Notes: generated by a model from the sequence alone, not told the origin. Shown: positions 17,485 to 27,494, numbered from the stretch's first letter. The stretch: 28,003 nt of DNA from an uncultured Legionellaceae bacterium (GCA_964409995.1 CAYPGU010000002.1:1-28003); one strand, 5' to 3'. Program-made: numbers and translations.

Positions 17485-18174
17485 ATGCGCGGTATAAATT
17501 TTGCTTTAGGCTTGTTATTAGTGAACTCTTTAACTACGACAAATATTGCGCAAGCTTCTACCGTACCGGCAAACACTGCCGTGAACCCTAATCAAATCGG
17601 AATGTTATTGCAACAACAAGCTTTAGCCCAAGCTTTGGTAATGGTTAATGCTGGACTTGCAACTGATCCTAATAATACTGCGTTATTACAGCAAAGAATC
17701 GTGATTTATAAATTAATGCAGCAACCAGATAATGCGCGCGCAGATTTTGATAAATTAATTTCATTATCGACATCGGAAGCTGATAAAAATTCGTTGATGG
17801 CATATAAGGCGTCATATTTTAATCAATTTAATGATGCGAAAACTTATATTGATACCGCTATCCGCTTGGATCCAAACAATCCAGACTATTATTCGCGACG
17901 TGCGGAAATCTTAATGGATCTTAATCAATCGGATGCCGCTCTTGCAGATATTAATAAAGCCTTAGAATTAGATCCGAAGTTTTATGGCGCATATTATGCG
18001 CGTTCAAGGATTTACGAAAAATTAGGCGACAAACTAAAATCCGAACAAGATTTTGCTATGGCTGAAAAATTAAAAGCCGAAGCCACTGGACAACCTACGC
18101 CAGCTGCTACGCCCGTCACACCAGCTGCAACCACAATTCCAACAGGAGCAGTCCACGCGCAGCCAGGATCGTAG
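17485..18174 (+). CDS. Exported TPR-repeat protein
   Basis: Signal peptide, TPR units (AIRLDPNNPDYYSRRA; ALADINKALELDPKFYGAYYARSRIY), Pro/Ala/Thr-rich tail. Confidence 0.88.
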   Translation: MRGINFALGLLLVNSLTTTNIAQASTVPANTAVNPNQIGMLLQQQALAQALVMVNAGLATDPNNTALLQQRIVIYKLMQQPDNARADFDKLISLSTSEADKNSLMAYKASYFNQFNDAKTYIDTAIRLDPNNPDYYSRRAEILMDLNQSDAALADINKALELDPKFYGAYYARSRIYEKLGDKLKSEQDFAMAEKLKAEATGQPTPAATPVTPAATTIPTGAVHAQPGS

Positions 18175-18261
18175 ATTCTGAGCAAAAATCAGCATATTTG
18201 GCACGCTTTCACCAGCATGATACAATGGTTTCTATAAAAACATTGTATCAGAGGTGTATTC

Positions 18262-19611
18262 ATGACCCTACAAGACGAAGCCGAAGAAATTTTTGCACTA
18301 TTAATCAAAAGACATCCGCACAACTCACCATGGCTAAGCTTTGCAGATGGTGAAACATGCCCCAAGAAGCTCGCTGCCAGAAATTTTGTAGCTGCTATCA
18401 ACGCACGCATCGCCAAACGACCGCAACTATTAACCTGCTTGCTTGACATAACCAATCACACAGAATTAGATATTGAAGCTAAAAAAGCACCTTTATTTAT
18501 TGTGTTACAAATGTGGATCATTAAAAGATATTCGTATAAGGATAAAAGTTACGCTAAGCAATTGTGGTTTTGGTTACAAGCAGAAGCACATATCGTACCA
18601 AATACTGTTGAACTAAGCAGTCAACAATACAGATATGCTCGATCAATTCAAATTATGTTACGAACATATGATATTTTAAGTCTAGAGTTTATCAGCATAC
18701 ACAAATTGATTGAAGCAATTACTCGTCAAGTGCCAGACTCACAAGCTGTTTTTGCTAAATTTGCGCAAAATGTAATCAATCAGCATTTTGAAGAAGTATT
18801 TTGGCGGGCGCAACGCAGCGAAAGGCTAAGTACTACATTGCAGCATCGTCAACGCATGGCTGAGTTCATAAATGAAATGCGTATACAATCGATCGTAGAC
18901 GATGATACCATCGCTGTTTATATAGACTATGATGTCCGTGATTACGAGCCAGGTATTGAATATAGAGAAAAAGCTGTTGCATATTTTGCATCACAACAAA
19001 AGCTCCCTGGTTATGAAAAATTACGGCAATCAACAGAAACTTTAATCTTGGATCGATTTAAAGCAACTCTAGCATCAGGGTGTGATCTAGCACAGATACA
19101 AAAAATTGAAAGCTATGTAGTTTTGTATAACCAACGCAACTCAAATAATTCAGCAGAATTGGCCAAATCTCTGGTTGCTTTTATTGATTTTTATCTAAAC
19201 TCAACTGTAGTTGATGCGAGAATTGAATATAATTTGCGTTATTTTGCGATCAAACAAGCAATCGTTGCGCAAAATCAAGAAGATGTCTTGCTCACAATTA
19301 TACGCTTGGCACCACTAATGAAAAAGCAAGTTTCTAGTGATGCATGGTACGATCTATTTTCTTGTGGAATGGAGGCTTTAAAATTACCTGGCATCAATAA
19401 GAATATCGTTGCTATTGAATTGCTGAATCCTATAAAAGAGAAATTTTCTCTTCCAGACGAACAGATTGAGTCGTTAAAAGATGCTATGTTAACCGATGTA
19501 CCAAATGCTGGTAATTTGCTGTTTAACATTCTATTTGAGAAAACAAAGCTTGAACACACAGCTACGGTAGCGCCGATAGCTAAAAGAACGCGCCGTAGCT
19601 TTCATATGTAG
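18262..19611 (+). CDS. Hypothetical all-helical protein; effector candidate
   Basis: 449-aa ORF with no signal peptide and no recognised motif; basic C-terminal PIAKRTRRS. Confidence 0.7.
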   Translation: MTLQDEAEEIFALLIKRHPHNSPWLSFADGETCPKKLAARNFVAAINARIAKRPQLLTCLLDITNHTELDIEAKKAPLFIVLQMWIIKRYSYKDKSYAKQLWFWLQAEAHIVPNTVELSSQQYRYARSIQIMLRTYDILSLEFISIHKLIEAITRQVPDSQAVFAKFAQNVINQHFEEVFWRAQRSERLSTTLQHRQRMAEFINEMRIQSIVDDDTIAVYIDYDVRDYEPGIEYREKAVAYFASQQKLPGYEKLRQSTETLILDRFKATLASGCDLAQIQKIESYVVLYNQRNSNNSAELAKSLVAFIDFYLNSTVVDARIEYNLRYFAIKQAIVAQNQEDVLLTIIRLAPLMKKQVSSDAWYDLFSCGMEALKLPGINKNIVAIELLNPIKEKFSLPDEQIESLKDAMLTDVPNAGNLLFNILFEKTKLEHTATVAPIAKRTRRSFHM

Positions 19612-19627
19612 CTGCGCGAATCAATAC

Positions 19628-20407
19628 CTAGTGTATTTTAACCCCGTTCACCATATCGGCAAAAGTCTTCATGTTGGTTGGCTCAACAATCATATAGCGC
19701 GGTTGTGACATCGCGCTCTCTGATTTATCTGCTGGTCGACCGTCAATGCTAAAAGCCATTACATAACCAGCATTTGAAGCTTCTTTACCCAGGTGATCGT
19801 CATAAATCCCAAATGGCCAAGCTAATAATGTGATGTTGGTATTGAGCTTTTCATCTATTACTTTTTTCGACTTAACGAACTGTGCATGAATTAATTTTTG
19901 ATACTCATCTTCTGACAAGCGTTTCTTTTCTTGTTTAAAATTTGGGTGCCAATAGGTATGACCTTGGATGTCGAATAGGCCTGTTTTTTGCAGCTCGCGT
20001 AATTGATCCCAAGTCATCGCATAAGTAGCATTTGAAATTGATGATGGATAAACAAACAATGTTACTGGAATATTATATTTACGCACAATTGGTAACATAT
20101 AGGTATATACAGATTTACGACCATCATCAGCAGTAATAACAACTGACTTTTCAGGAATAGATGATTTTTTACCTTGCAAATAGGCAACCAAATCTTGAAG
20201 TGGAATTATTGTATAACCGTTTTCTTTTAACCAAATGATCTGCTGTTCAAACTTAGCTGTACTTATAGTCATACTGCCTGTGGCTGATGGATCAAAATTA
20301 TGATAGGTCAAAATAGGCACACTTATCGGGGTATCAGCAAATACAGGGTTAAAAAGGCAGAGAGTTACGAACACACTTTTAATAAATAAGCTGATATATT
20401 TGCACAT
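19628..20407 (-). CDS. Polysaccharide deacetylase (CE4/NodB; PgaB/IcaB-like), exported
   Basis: ILTYH, ITADDG, GHTYWH, LAWPFG. I chose the ATG at 20407 (MCKYISL, signal peptide) over 20488. Confidence 0.88.
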   Translation of the reverse strand: MCKYISLFIKSVFVTLCLFNPVFADTPISVPILTYHNFDPSATGSMTISTAKFEQQIIWLKENGYTIIPLQDLVAYLQGKKSSIPEKSVVITADDGRKSVYTYMLPIVRKYNIPVTLFVYPSSISNATYAMTWDQLRELQKTGLFDIQGHTYWHPNFKQEKKRLSEDEYQKLIHAQFVKSKKVIDEKLNTNITLLAWPFGIYDDHLGKEASNAGYVMAFSIDGRPADKSESAMSQPRYMIVEPTNMKTFADMVNGVKIH

Positions 20408-20506
20408 TTTTTTATTCTTCCTTATTGTTATAAATGGAGGGTAGACGATTTTAAATAAAAATACTGTTTTTAAAACCGTCTTTAACAATAGGTCGATAAA
20501 TTTTTA

Positions 20507-21745
20507 TTATGCAGATAATGCTGCAGAGAATCCAAACTGCTGCCGTCTTTCAGTCACATACAATAATATAAAACCGATTGCGCCGATTGTTAATGCAATC
20601 GGTATAACCGTAATTGCCAAGGTAAGAGCTTCTGGGCTTGTAACTCCACCGCAAGCGCTAACAATCCAACCTATAACACTATGAAACAAATAACCAAATA
20701 CCATGATGATCATATTAGCAACAGCTGTAGTCAAACCAATTACATTTTCTCTTACACAAGTTGATGCCAAATAAATTGCATTAGTTTGATAAGAGCAGCA
20801 AATACCAGTTAATATGAATAGAAAGCTCATAACCGCAACAGATAAGTTTCCATTCAATAAGAGTATAAAACTAACAGCCATAATAATCGCAGCAGCAATA
20901 ATGGTTCCCAATTGATTTTTACTTTTCTCTGCGATATAGCTCATTGCTGGTGCACCAAAACACAGTCCAACAAAAATAGCTGATGGAAAACTTAAGGCAA
21001 CTGATGATTCGAAGCCATAAACTTGTTGCAGGAATTGACCACCCCAGACATCTGCAAAACCTTCCAAAGGCCCGACCATTAACCCTGCTAAGCAGCAAAT
21101 CAACCACACTTTCTTATTGCCAAATACTTCTTTAATATCCGATAGTATCGAAGTTGATTGCTGCATAGTAATATTTGGAACGATCAAATACGTTACAATA
21201 CTTAATACAACCCCAATACAAGCAAAGATCCCGGTGACAGCTTTATACCCAAGGATAGAACACATATAATTTACTGGGCCACCACCATAAATTGCACCAA
21301 TCAATCCAATCATTACAGAAAAACTTAGCATACGCGTAAACTTCTCTTCAGCAAAGATAAGACGAATGATTTTAAAAATACCAAGAATTGCGGCAGATGA
21401 TCCCATGCCAATTAACACACGCCCTATAAAGAGTAATATCCAAGATTCACTGAAAATTATAGGTAATAACCCAGCAGACGTCATCAAAATGCAAATCGTC
21501 ATAATTTTCTTTGGACCAAAACGATCAAGCATAATTCCGATCGGTAAATGCATTGAGGCATAACAAACGTAATAAATACCAGAAAATTGGCCAAAGGTTG
21601 CGCTGCTGATATTAAATTGCTGCACAATATCTTGCATCATAATGCTTGGCATGACACGCAGAATATATTGATAGCTAAAGAAAATTGAGGCAATAAACCA
21701 CATTGTCCAGGCAACACGACGACTAATTCTCATGAGAATCTCCAA
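20507..21745 (-). CDS. MFS transporter
   Basis: About 12 hydrophobic segments; motif A GIMLDRFGPKK. Confidence 0.9.
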   Translation of the reverse strand: MEILMRISRRVAWTMWFIASIFFSYQYILRVMPSIMMQDIVQQFNISSATFGQFSGIYYVCYASMHLPIGIMLDRFGPKKIMTICILMTSAGLLPIIFSESWILLFIGRVLIGMGSSAAILGIFKIIRLIFAEEKFTRMLSFSVMIGLIGAIYGGGPVNYMCSILGYKAVTGIFACIGVVLSIVTYLIVPNITMQQSTSILSDIKEVFGNKKVWLICCLAGLMVGPLEGFADVWGGQFLQQVYGFESSVALSFPSAIFVGLCFGAPAMSYIAEKSKNQLGTIIAAAIIMAVSFILLLNGNLSVAVMSFLFILTGICCSYQTNAIYLASTCVRENVIGLTTAVANMIIMVFGYLFHSVIGWIVSACGGVTSPEALTLAITVIPIALTIGAIGFILLYVTERRQQFGFSAALSA

Positions 21746-22022
21746 AATATTGTTAAGATATATAACTTATTTTCCGCCGACATCCTCTCCTAGAGAGTGG
21801 CGGATAGTTAAACATCCTCTCTAGGTGGAGTGGAGTAAGGTAAAATATGACCATGAAAATAGAGATATGCTTGTACCGCTGAATGATTCAGTCTTTTTTA
21901 GCGCTGTAGAACTGGTTGCTACTGGCACAGGTACAATCTCTTTGTGACATTTAATATTTTCAAGATATATAAATCCTTGGTAGCCGTCAATAGGGCTAGA
22001 ATAAATATTCCATTTGGAGGTT

Positions 22023-23108
22023 CTACACTGAAAGCTGAATTGACTGATTAAATAGTTGATAGGCATTTTCAATCAGATCTTTGGTTTCGTTCCAGCCCAA
22101 GCAAGCGTCAGTGATCGAACAACCATACCTAATCATATTTTTATCAAAAGTGATTGATTGACGCCCTGCTACCAAGAAACTTTCCAACATTACTCCTACT
22201 ATAGAGTTTGAACAATTAATCTTCTGCTCTATAACATTATTAAATACTACCGGTTGTTTGGTATAATCTTTGCCAGAATTACCATGTGAACAATCAACAA
22301 TAATACTGTTAGCTAATCCCGCCACAGTTAAATGCTTCTCTGCGCGCCTAATACTCTCTGGATCATAATTTGGTCCATCAACGCCACCACGCAATACCAA
22401 ATGTGCATATGTATTTCCTGATGAATTTATAATTTGTGTACAACCAAAGTGGTTCACTCCCAGAAAAGTCTGTTTACGTGATGCAAATTGAATACTATTA
22501 ATCGCAACATCAATATCACCTAATACGTTATTTTTAAATCCTATTGGTATTGCAAGATTAGATCCAATTTCGCGATGGATCTGCGACTCTACGGTACGAG
22601 CTCCAATTGTCGCCCAACTCAAGCAGTGATCATAATATAAATAAGCCGTTGGATTTAATATTTCTGTAGCAATTGGAATTCCCATTTCGCATAGATTGGA
22701 CATAAATTGCCTAATCTTAGTAATACCTTCTACCATTGCATCACCATTATCTAGATTCGGATCGTTAATATATCCTTTCCAACCTAAACCTGTGCGTGCC
22801 TTTTCTGGATACACGCGCATTACAATATAAAAGTGTTCAGCGCATTCTGCTGCGAGTGCTTTTAATTTAGATGCGTATTCAAGATTTGCGTCAGGATCGT
22901 GAAATGAACACGGGCCTACGATTATTAATAGTCTTGGATCAACATGATCAAGTATATTTCGAATCACTTGTCGACTAGCTGTCACATTTTGCACGGCACT
23001 AACCGACAGAGGCGATTTGCGATTTAATTCCTCTGGTGATTCGATAGTATTAGCTTTCATCTTTAATTCCATAAATACTCGAGAAAGTTCAATACCAGGG
23101 TTTACCAT
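22023..23108 (-). CDS. Class I-alpha DAHP synthase (AroF/G/H family), atypical motif
   Basis: GPCSFHD, GWKG, IGART, GFKN, DCSHGNS, GVMLES, SITDAC. The isoenzyme cannot be assigned. The start may be 23072 or 23060. Confidence 0.9.
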   Translation of the reverse strand: MVNPGIELSRVFMELKMKANTIESPEELNRKSPLSVSAVQNVTASRQVIRNILDHVDPRLLIIVGPCSFHDPDANLEYASKLKALAAECAEHFYIVMRVYPEKARTGLGWKGYINDPNLDNGDAMVEGITKIRQFMSNLCEMGIPIATEILNPTAYLYYDHCLSWATIGARTVESQIHREIGSNLAIPIGFKNNVLGDIDVAINSIQFASRKQTFLGVNHFGCTQIINSSGNTYAHLVLRGGVDGPNYDPESIRRAEKHLTVAGLANSIIVDCSHGNSGKDYTKQPVVFNNVIEQKINCSNSIVGVMLESFLVAGRQSITFDKNMIRYGCSITDACLGWNETKDLIENAYQLFNQSIQLSV

Positions 23109-23331
23109 AACAACTTCAGCTAGGTCAAGTGTAACAATTTTAGTAGCCTATACACACTGTGTAGATCCATTTTTCTAAATAAATATCTATTAATGCTGAA
23201 TTTGCAGACTTTGTGAACCTACATCCCGTATTAATGGGCTATCATCCATGGACTATCACCAAACGGAGCATCTAAGCGCTAGAAAAATATAGCATTTATT
23301 AAGTAACGGATCAAAAAGGGGTATTCAAGTA

Positions 23332-24507
23332 GTGGATAAAATTGCACTGCGTTTTTTTCCAATATTGATAATATTCTTCGAAATTACATTGTATTTGTCG
23401 AACGATATGTATTTACCAGCAATGCCAACTATTGCGGCAGAGTTAGATTTTACCCAAAATCAAATCCAATCTACTTTAACATTTTGGTTTCTAGGTGCAA
23501 GCTCACTACAATTAATTTTAGGGCCAATATCTGATCGCTATGGGCGTAAATCAGTCGTAGGCATAAGCTGCGTTTTTTTCATCCTATCTTCTATAGCCTG
23601 CGCCATGGTAGAAACTCTGGGTATATTTTTAGTAGCAAGATTTATACAAGGAACTGCAATATGCTCGTTATTAGCAGCATATGCAGCAATACATGAATTA
23701 TTTTCCACTAAACAAGCTATTAAACTGTTAGCCCTTGTAAGTTCAATAACGATTTTAGCCCCGGCTCTAGGTCCATTATTTGGAGCATTAATAGTAATGT
23801 TTACTGAATGGAGATATATATTTTGGTTATTGACTGCCATGGGTATTCTCAGCCTAATCTCTATAATTTTCTATATGCCAGAATCGAATCTAAACCGCAG
23901 TCCAATTAACATACGTCATACTATTACGGATTACAAAAAAATTATCAGTAATAGGAATTTTTTATTACCAAGCATTAGCTATTTTCTATTAGTTGTGATT
24001 GAATTTGCCTGGATTTTTGAATCACCCTTCATAATAATGGAAGTTTTTAAAGCCAGCCCTTTATATTATGGTATAGCTCAGACCATAATATTTAGCTTTT
24101 ATCTTGTCGGTGCAATAGCAACTAAATGGATGCTAGAAAAATATAACGTAATGAAATTTGTAAAAATATCTCTTGCTATTACAATAATTGGAACTGTATT
24201 AATGTTTTTCACATCATTAATATATAACAATTTAGTAATGGCAATTTGCTCAATGTGCGTAGTATCGCTTGGCTCATCAATGCTACTTGGACCTTTGAAT
24301 AGAATTGCAATTGAATCATGCAATCAACCCATGGGAAGAAGAACCGCAGTATTCTTCAACGGAATAAGTTTGGCAGGCGCTCTAACCGGCTGGATCCTAG
24401 AAATTATGAATAGCGATGGCTTACTGCCAATCGCTACTCTAATAATTATATGTATGTTTATAACTACCTTGTTGGTATCCAAAGTTAAGAACACTACAAA
24501 TGACTAA
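23332..24507 (+). CDS. Bcr/CflA-type (DHA1) MFS efflux transporter
   Basis: [31 protein letters not shown]. Confidence 0.9.
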   Translation: MDKIALRFFPILIIFFEITLYLSNDMYLPAMPTIAAELDFTQNQIQSTLTFWFLGASSLQLILGPISDRYGRKSVVGISCVFFILSSIACAMVETLGIFLVARFIQGTAICSLLAAYAAIHELFSTKQAIKLLALVSSITILAPALGPLFGALIVMFTEWRYIFWLLTAMGILSLISIIFYMPESNLNRSPINIRHTITDYKKIISNRNFLLPSISYFLLVVIEFAWIFESPFIIMEVFKASPLYYGIAQTIIFSFYLVGAIATKWMLEKYNVMKFVKISLAITIIGTVLMFFTSLIYNNLVMAICSMCVVSLGSSMLLGPLNRIAIESCNQPMGRRTAVFFNGISLAGALTGWILEIMNSDGLLPIATLIIICMFITTLLVSKVKNTTND

Positions 24508-26342
24508 TCGACAAATGAAGATGAGTCTTTGTGTTTATTCCTAGTTGAATTAAATTGACGCGTATTAGTTGGACGAGTGCTCGCTGGTCGTGCACCAGTC
24601 GAACGCGTATTAGTTGGACGAGAGCTGCTTGGACGTCCGCTTGCTGAACGAGAATATTCCGCGCTATTATTTCCTGAACGTGCATTGGCTGGACGAGCAC
24701 TTGAAGGACGACCAGTGGCTGAACGTGGCGCGTATTCAGAACGAGAATCTTCAGAACGATAATTTCCTGAACGTGCATTAGCTGGGCGGGCTGAAGGACG
24801 ACCAGTGGCTGAACGTGGTGCATATTCAGAACGAGAATCTTCAGAACGATAATTTCCTGAACGTACATTAGCTGGACGTGCACTTGAAGGACGACCAGTG
24901 GCTGAACGTGGCGCGTATTCAGAACGTGAGTACTCAGAACGTCCGCTAGCAGGACGGACACTTGAAGGGCGACCTGTGGCTGAGCGTGGTGCGTATTCAG
25001 AACGCGAATCTTCAGAACGATAATTCCCTGAGCGTGCATTAGCTGGACGAGAATTTGAAGGACGGCCTGCGGTTGGACGTGGTGCATATTCAGAGCGCGA
25101 ATACTCAGCACGTGCATTAGTAGGACGTGCACTCGAAGGCCGGCTAGTTCCAGCGCGTAGTGGTCTTTGTGCACGACCTTTTTGGATTGGTTCCGCTGCG
25201 ATCGAACGATCTGGCTCATAGCCAGCAATTACTTCTTGTGGTATTTGGTTCTTTATTACTCTTTCAATATCTCTGAGTAATTGAATTTCATCGATACATA
25301 CTAGTGAAACAGCAATACCTTCGTGCCCTGCGCGCCCAGTGCGGCCAATACGGTGCACATAATCTTCCGGCACATTTGGTAAATCAAAATTTACTACATA
25401 TGGTAACTGATCGATGTCAATTCCACGCGCAGCTATATCTGTAGCAACCAAGACTCTTACTTCGCCAGATTTGAAGTCGGCAAGTGCACGAGTTCTGGCG
25501 CCTTGGCTCTTGTTGCCATGAATCGCAGCTGCAGATAAACCATCTTCTACGAGTTGTTCACAAAGTTGATTTGCACCGTGTTTAGTTCGAGTAAATACTA
25601 AGACTTGCTTCCAATTTTTAGATCCAATCATAAACGACAATAATTCGCGTTTACGTTTACGATCAACTGGATGAATTATTTGTGTTACTAAGCTGGTAGC
25701 GTTATTGCGGCGTGCTACTTCAATTAATTTTGGATTCTTTAACATGCTATCGGATATCTCTTGAATATCAGGCGAAAGCGTAGCCGAAAATAGCAGATTT
25801 TGGCGCTTCTTCGGTAATAAAGCTACGATTTTTTTAACATCGCGAATAAAGCCCATGTCCAACATGCGATCTGCTTCATCTAGAACTAATATTTCTACTT
25901 TAGATAAATCTACTTCTCTTTGTTCAATAAGATCTAGCAATCTGCCTGGAGTGGCAATTACTATATCAGCACCTCTGCGCATAGCAGAAATTTGTGGGCC
26001 AATACCGACACCACCGAAAATAATTTGTGTTCTGAAAGTTAAATATTTGCTATATGCACGTACGCTTTCACCTACCTGGGCAGCTAATTCACGAGTTGGA
26101 GTTAGAATTAAGGCTCTAATTACTCTTTTTGCTGGATCAGACGGATTTTGATTCAATATATGTATTAGTGGCAAAGCAAATGCAGCGGTTTTGCCGGTTC
26201 CGGTTTGTGCCAGTCCCATTAGGTCCCCACCTTTAAGAATATAAGGGATTGCTTGCTGCTGAATTTGAGTAGTTTTAGTGTAATTTTGTTCTTCTACAGA
26301 ACGCAAAATTTCTGGCGCTAAGCCAAGTGCTTGGAAAGACAT
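24504..26342 (-). CDS. rhlE: DEAD-box RNA helicase RhlE with a long repetitive C-terminal tail
   Basis: [64 protein letters not shown]. The stop overlaps the stop of the convergent MFS gene. Confidence 0.88.
   Translation of the reverse strand: MSFQALGLAPEILRSVEEQNYTKTTQIQQQAIPYILKGGDLMGLAQTGTGKTAAFALPLIHILNQNPSDPAKRVIRALILTPTRELAAQVGESVRAYSKYLTFRTQIIFGGVGIGPQISAMRRGADIVIATPGRLLDLIEQREVDLSKVEILVLDEADRMLDMGFIRDVKKIVALLPKKRQNLLFSATLSPDIQEISDSMLKNPKLIEVARRNNATSLVTQIIHPVDRKRKRELLSFMIGSKNWKQVLVFTRTKHGANQLCEQLVEDGLSAAAIHGNKSQGARTRALADFKSGEVRVLVATDIAARGIDIDQLPYVVNFDLPNVPEDYVHRIGRTGRAGHEGIAVSLVCIDEIQLLRDIERVIKNQIPQEVIAGYEPDRSIAAEPIQKGRAQRPLRAGTSRPSSARPTNARAEYSRSEYAPRPTAGRPSNSRPANARSGNYRSEDSRSEYAPRSATGRPSSVRPASGRSEYSRSEYAPRSATGRPSSARPANVRSGNYRSEDSRSEYAPRSATGRPSARPANARSGNYRSEDSRSEYAPRSATGRPSSARPANARSGNNSAEYSRSASGRPSSSRPTNTRSTGARPASTRPTNTRQFNSTRNKHKDSSSFVD
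24672..25094 (-). repeat. Intragenic tandem array of five SEYAPR-initiated units (31, 26, 31, 30, 23 aa)
   Basis: Units [31 protein letters not shown] and variants. All length changes are in multiples of 3. Confidence 0.92.
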
Positions 26343-26615
26343 AGGTTGCTCCTAATGGATAGGCTCGTAATCGAGCATTTAGCGAGCAATAAATTATAGG
26401 GATTTTCAATCAATAGATACGCTATAGGCCATACATCTCGCTGTGTATGCGGTGCATGATATAACAGTTGCGTCGCAAAGTCCACAATCTATTCTTGTTA
26501 AGTGTATAATCAACATAAGAAAACTATAATCAGTGTATAAACTAGTGGTTATGCTACATAAGCAAAAATCTCTAGAGTCTATACTACAAGAATTCTTTAA
26601 TAGTCCATACAGTTT

Positions 26616-26924
26616 ATGGGGGTTGTTATGATGTCTACATTATACCTATCATTTGCAGTTGCGTTGATTGCCTTAGCTTTAGGCGCAGGTCTTGTTGCGT
26701 GGGGACTGCAAAATAGAGGGTCAGGTGTTTTAATTGCTAAGATATTCGGTATTATCATTTTGGTATTGTCTTTAATAGTAATGTTTTGTATTGGAAACAC
26801 TGCTCACAGTTGGTCTAAACATCCAATGAAGCAAATGGGTAATCCACAAATGATGAAGGATATTAAAGCTAAGATGGAGCACAAGAGCCAGCAAAATGGC
26901 AAGCAGAACTCTAATAATCATTAA
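26616..26924 (+). CDS. Small membrane protein (2 TM) with Met/Gln-rich tail
   Basis: Two hydrophobic segments, then HPMKQMGNPQMMK. The start may be 26628. Confidence 0.7.
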   Translation: MGVVMMSTLYLSFAVALIALALGAGLVAWGLQNRGSGVLIAKIFGIIILVLSLIVMFCIGNTAHSWSKHPMKQMGNPQMMKDIKAKMEHKSQQNGKQNSNNH

Positions 26925-26934
26925 TTCACAATAT

Positions 26935-26980
26935 AAAAAATCGGTATGGCTGAAGTTTTTGGATGCCATACCGAATTTTT
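26935..26980. terminator. Bidirectional terminator between convergent genes
   Basis: AAAAAA-TCGGTATGGC (26941-26950), 14-nt loop, GCCATACCGA (26965-26974)-ATTTTT. Confidence 0.7.
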
Positions 26981-27494
26981 ATGGATCTATAGTCGGAGTG
27001 TTTGATGTATCACAAAATGAAGTTGTTTCAGCATACTCTACGCAATAACTTGGAAGATAATTCATGTTCAAGAGTGGATCACCAGCTTGCTTACAGTACC
27101 ATTTTAATTTTCCGTTCCCCATATCTCTGACTACCATTACTATTGAGTTTCCACTTACTCCAGTAACATCTGGTAGCAATTCTATTGCAAACTGATGCGC
27201 ATCGGTTTCATCACAACCATAATAATATATTCCTTCGACAACATCGCTATCAGTTACCAAGTGATCATAGTTAGCAATAGCAGCTGAACTAGGAAAGCTA
27301 CCATTAGCATAAAAATATTGCTCGACATTTGCTTTTGCTGCTTCTGCATAAGCAAAGACTTCCAGAATTTGTGATTTGATTACAATTTTCTTATAAATCC
27401 CAACTGCACCGGCAATTACAAGTATGACAATAACCATAACTACTAATAATTCAATTAGAGAATAAGCTTGTTTAGAAAATAACCACTTGTACAC
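26979..27494 (-). CDS. Type IV pilin-like protein (pilin 3)
   Basis: A|YSLIELLVVMVIVILV, alpha-1 AKANVEQYFYANGSFP, D-region WYCKQ...LPSYC. Confidence 0.85.
   Translation of the reverse strand: MYKWLFSKQAYSLIELLVVMVIVILVIAGAVGIYKKIVIKSQILEVFAYAEAAKANVEQYFYANGSFPSSAAIANYDHLVTDSDVVEGIYYYGCDETDAHQFAIELLPDVTGVSGNSIVMVVRDMGNGKLKWYCKQAGDPLLNMNYLPSYCVEYAETTSFCDTSNTPTIDP

Noticed and set aside
21821-22072. 83-aa ORF between the DAHP synthase and MFS genes
   Set aside because: It overlaps the aro gene 3' end out of frame, with no RBS or recognisable domain. I cannot support it, though a small protein is not excluded.
23151-23163. TACACA-C-TGTGTA palindrome in the divergent aro/MFS promoter region
   Set aside because: It does not fit TyrR or TrpR box consensus and is too short to call alone.
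24672-25094. CRISPR-like array
   Set aside because: The repeats are contiguous, in frame and coding, with no unique spacers and no cas genes.
24494-25228. 244-aa Val/Leu/His/Gln-rich repetitive ORF overlapping the rhlE tail
   Set aside because: It is the alternative-frame shadow of the tandem array. Repeats lacking a stop in one unit stay open throughout. No independent RBS or function is evident.
5612-26342. Dedicated cold-adaptation island (Csp, DbpA, RhlE)
   Set aside because: csp-dbpA adjacency is real, but rhlE is 17 kb away among unrelated genes. These are ordinary housekeeping genes.
2992-26969. Numerous 60-100 aa ORFs antisense or out of frame to longer genes (e.g. 2992, 3790, 5180, 6716, 11732, 13929, 19275, 23538, 25855, 26597, 26772)
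   Set aside because: Each lies within a well-supported CDS on another frame or strand and has no motif. Treated as shadow ORFs.
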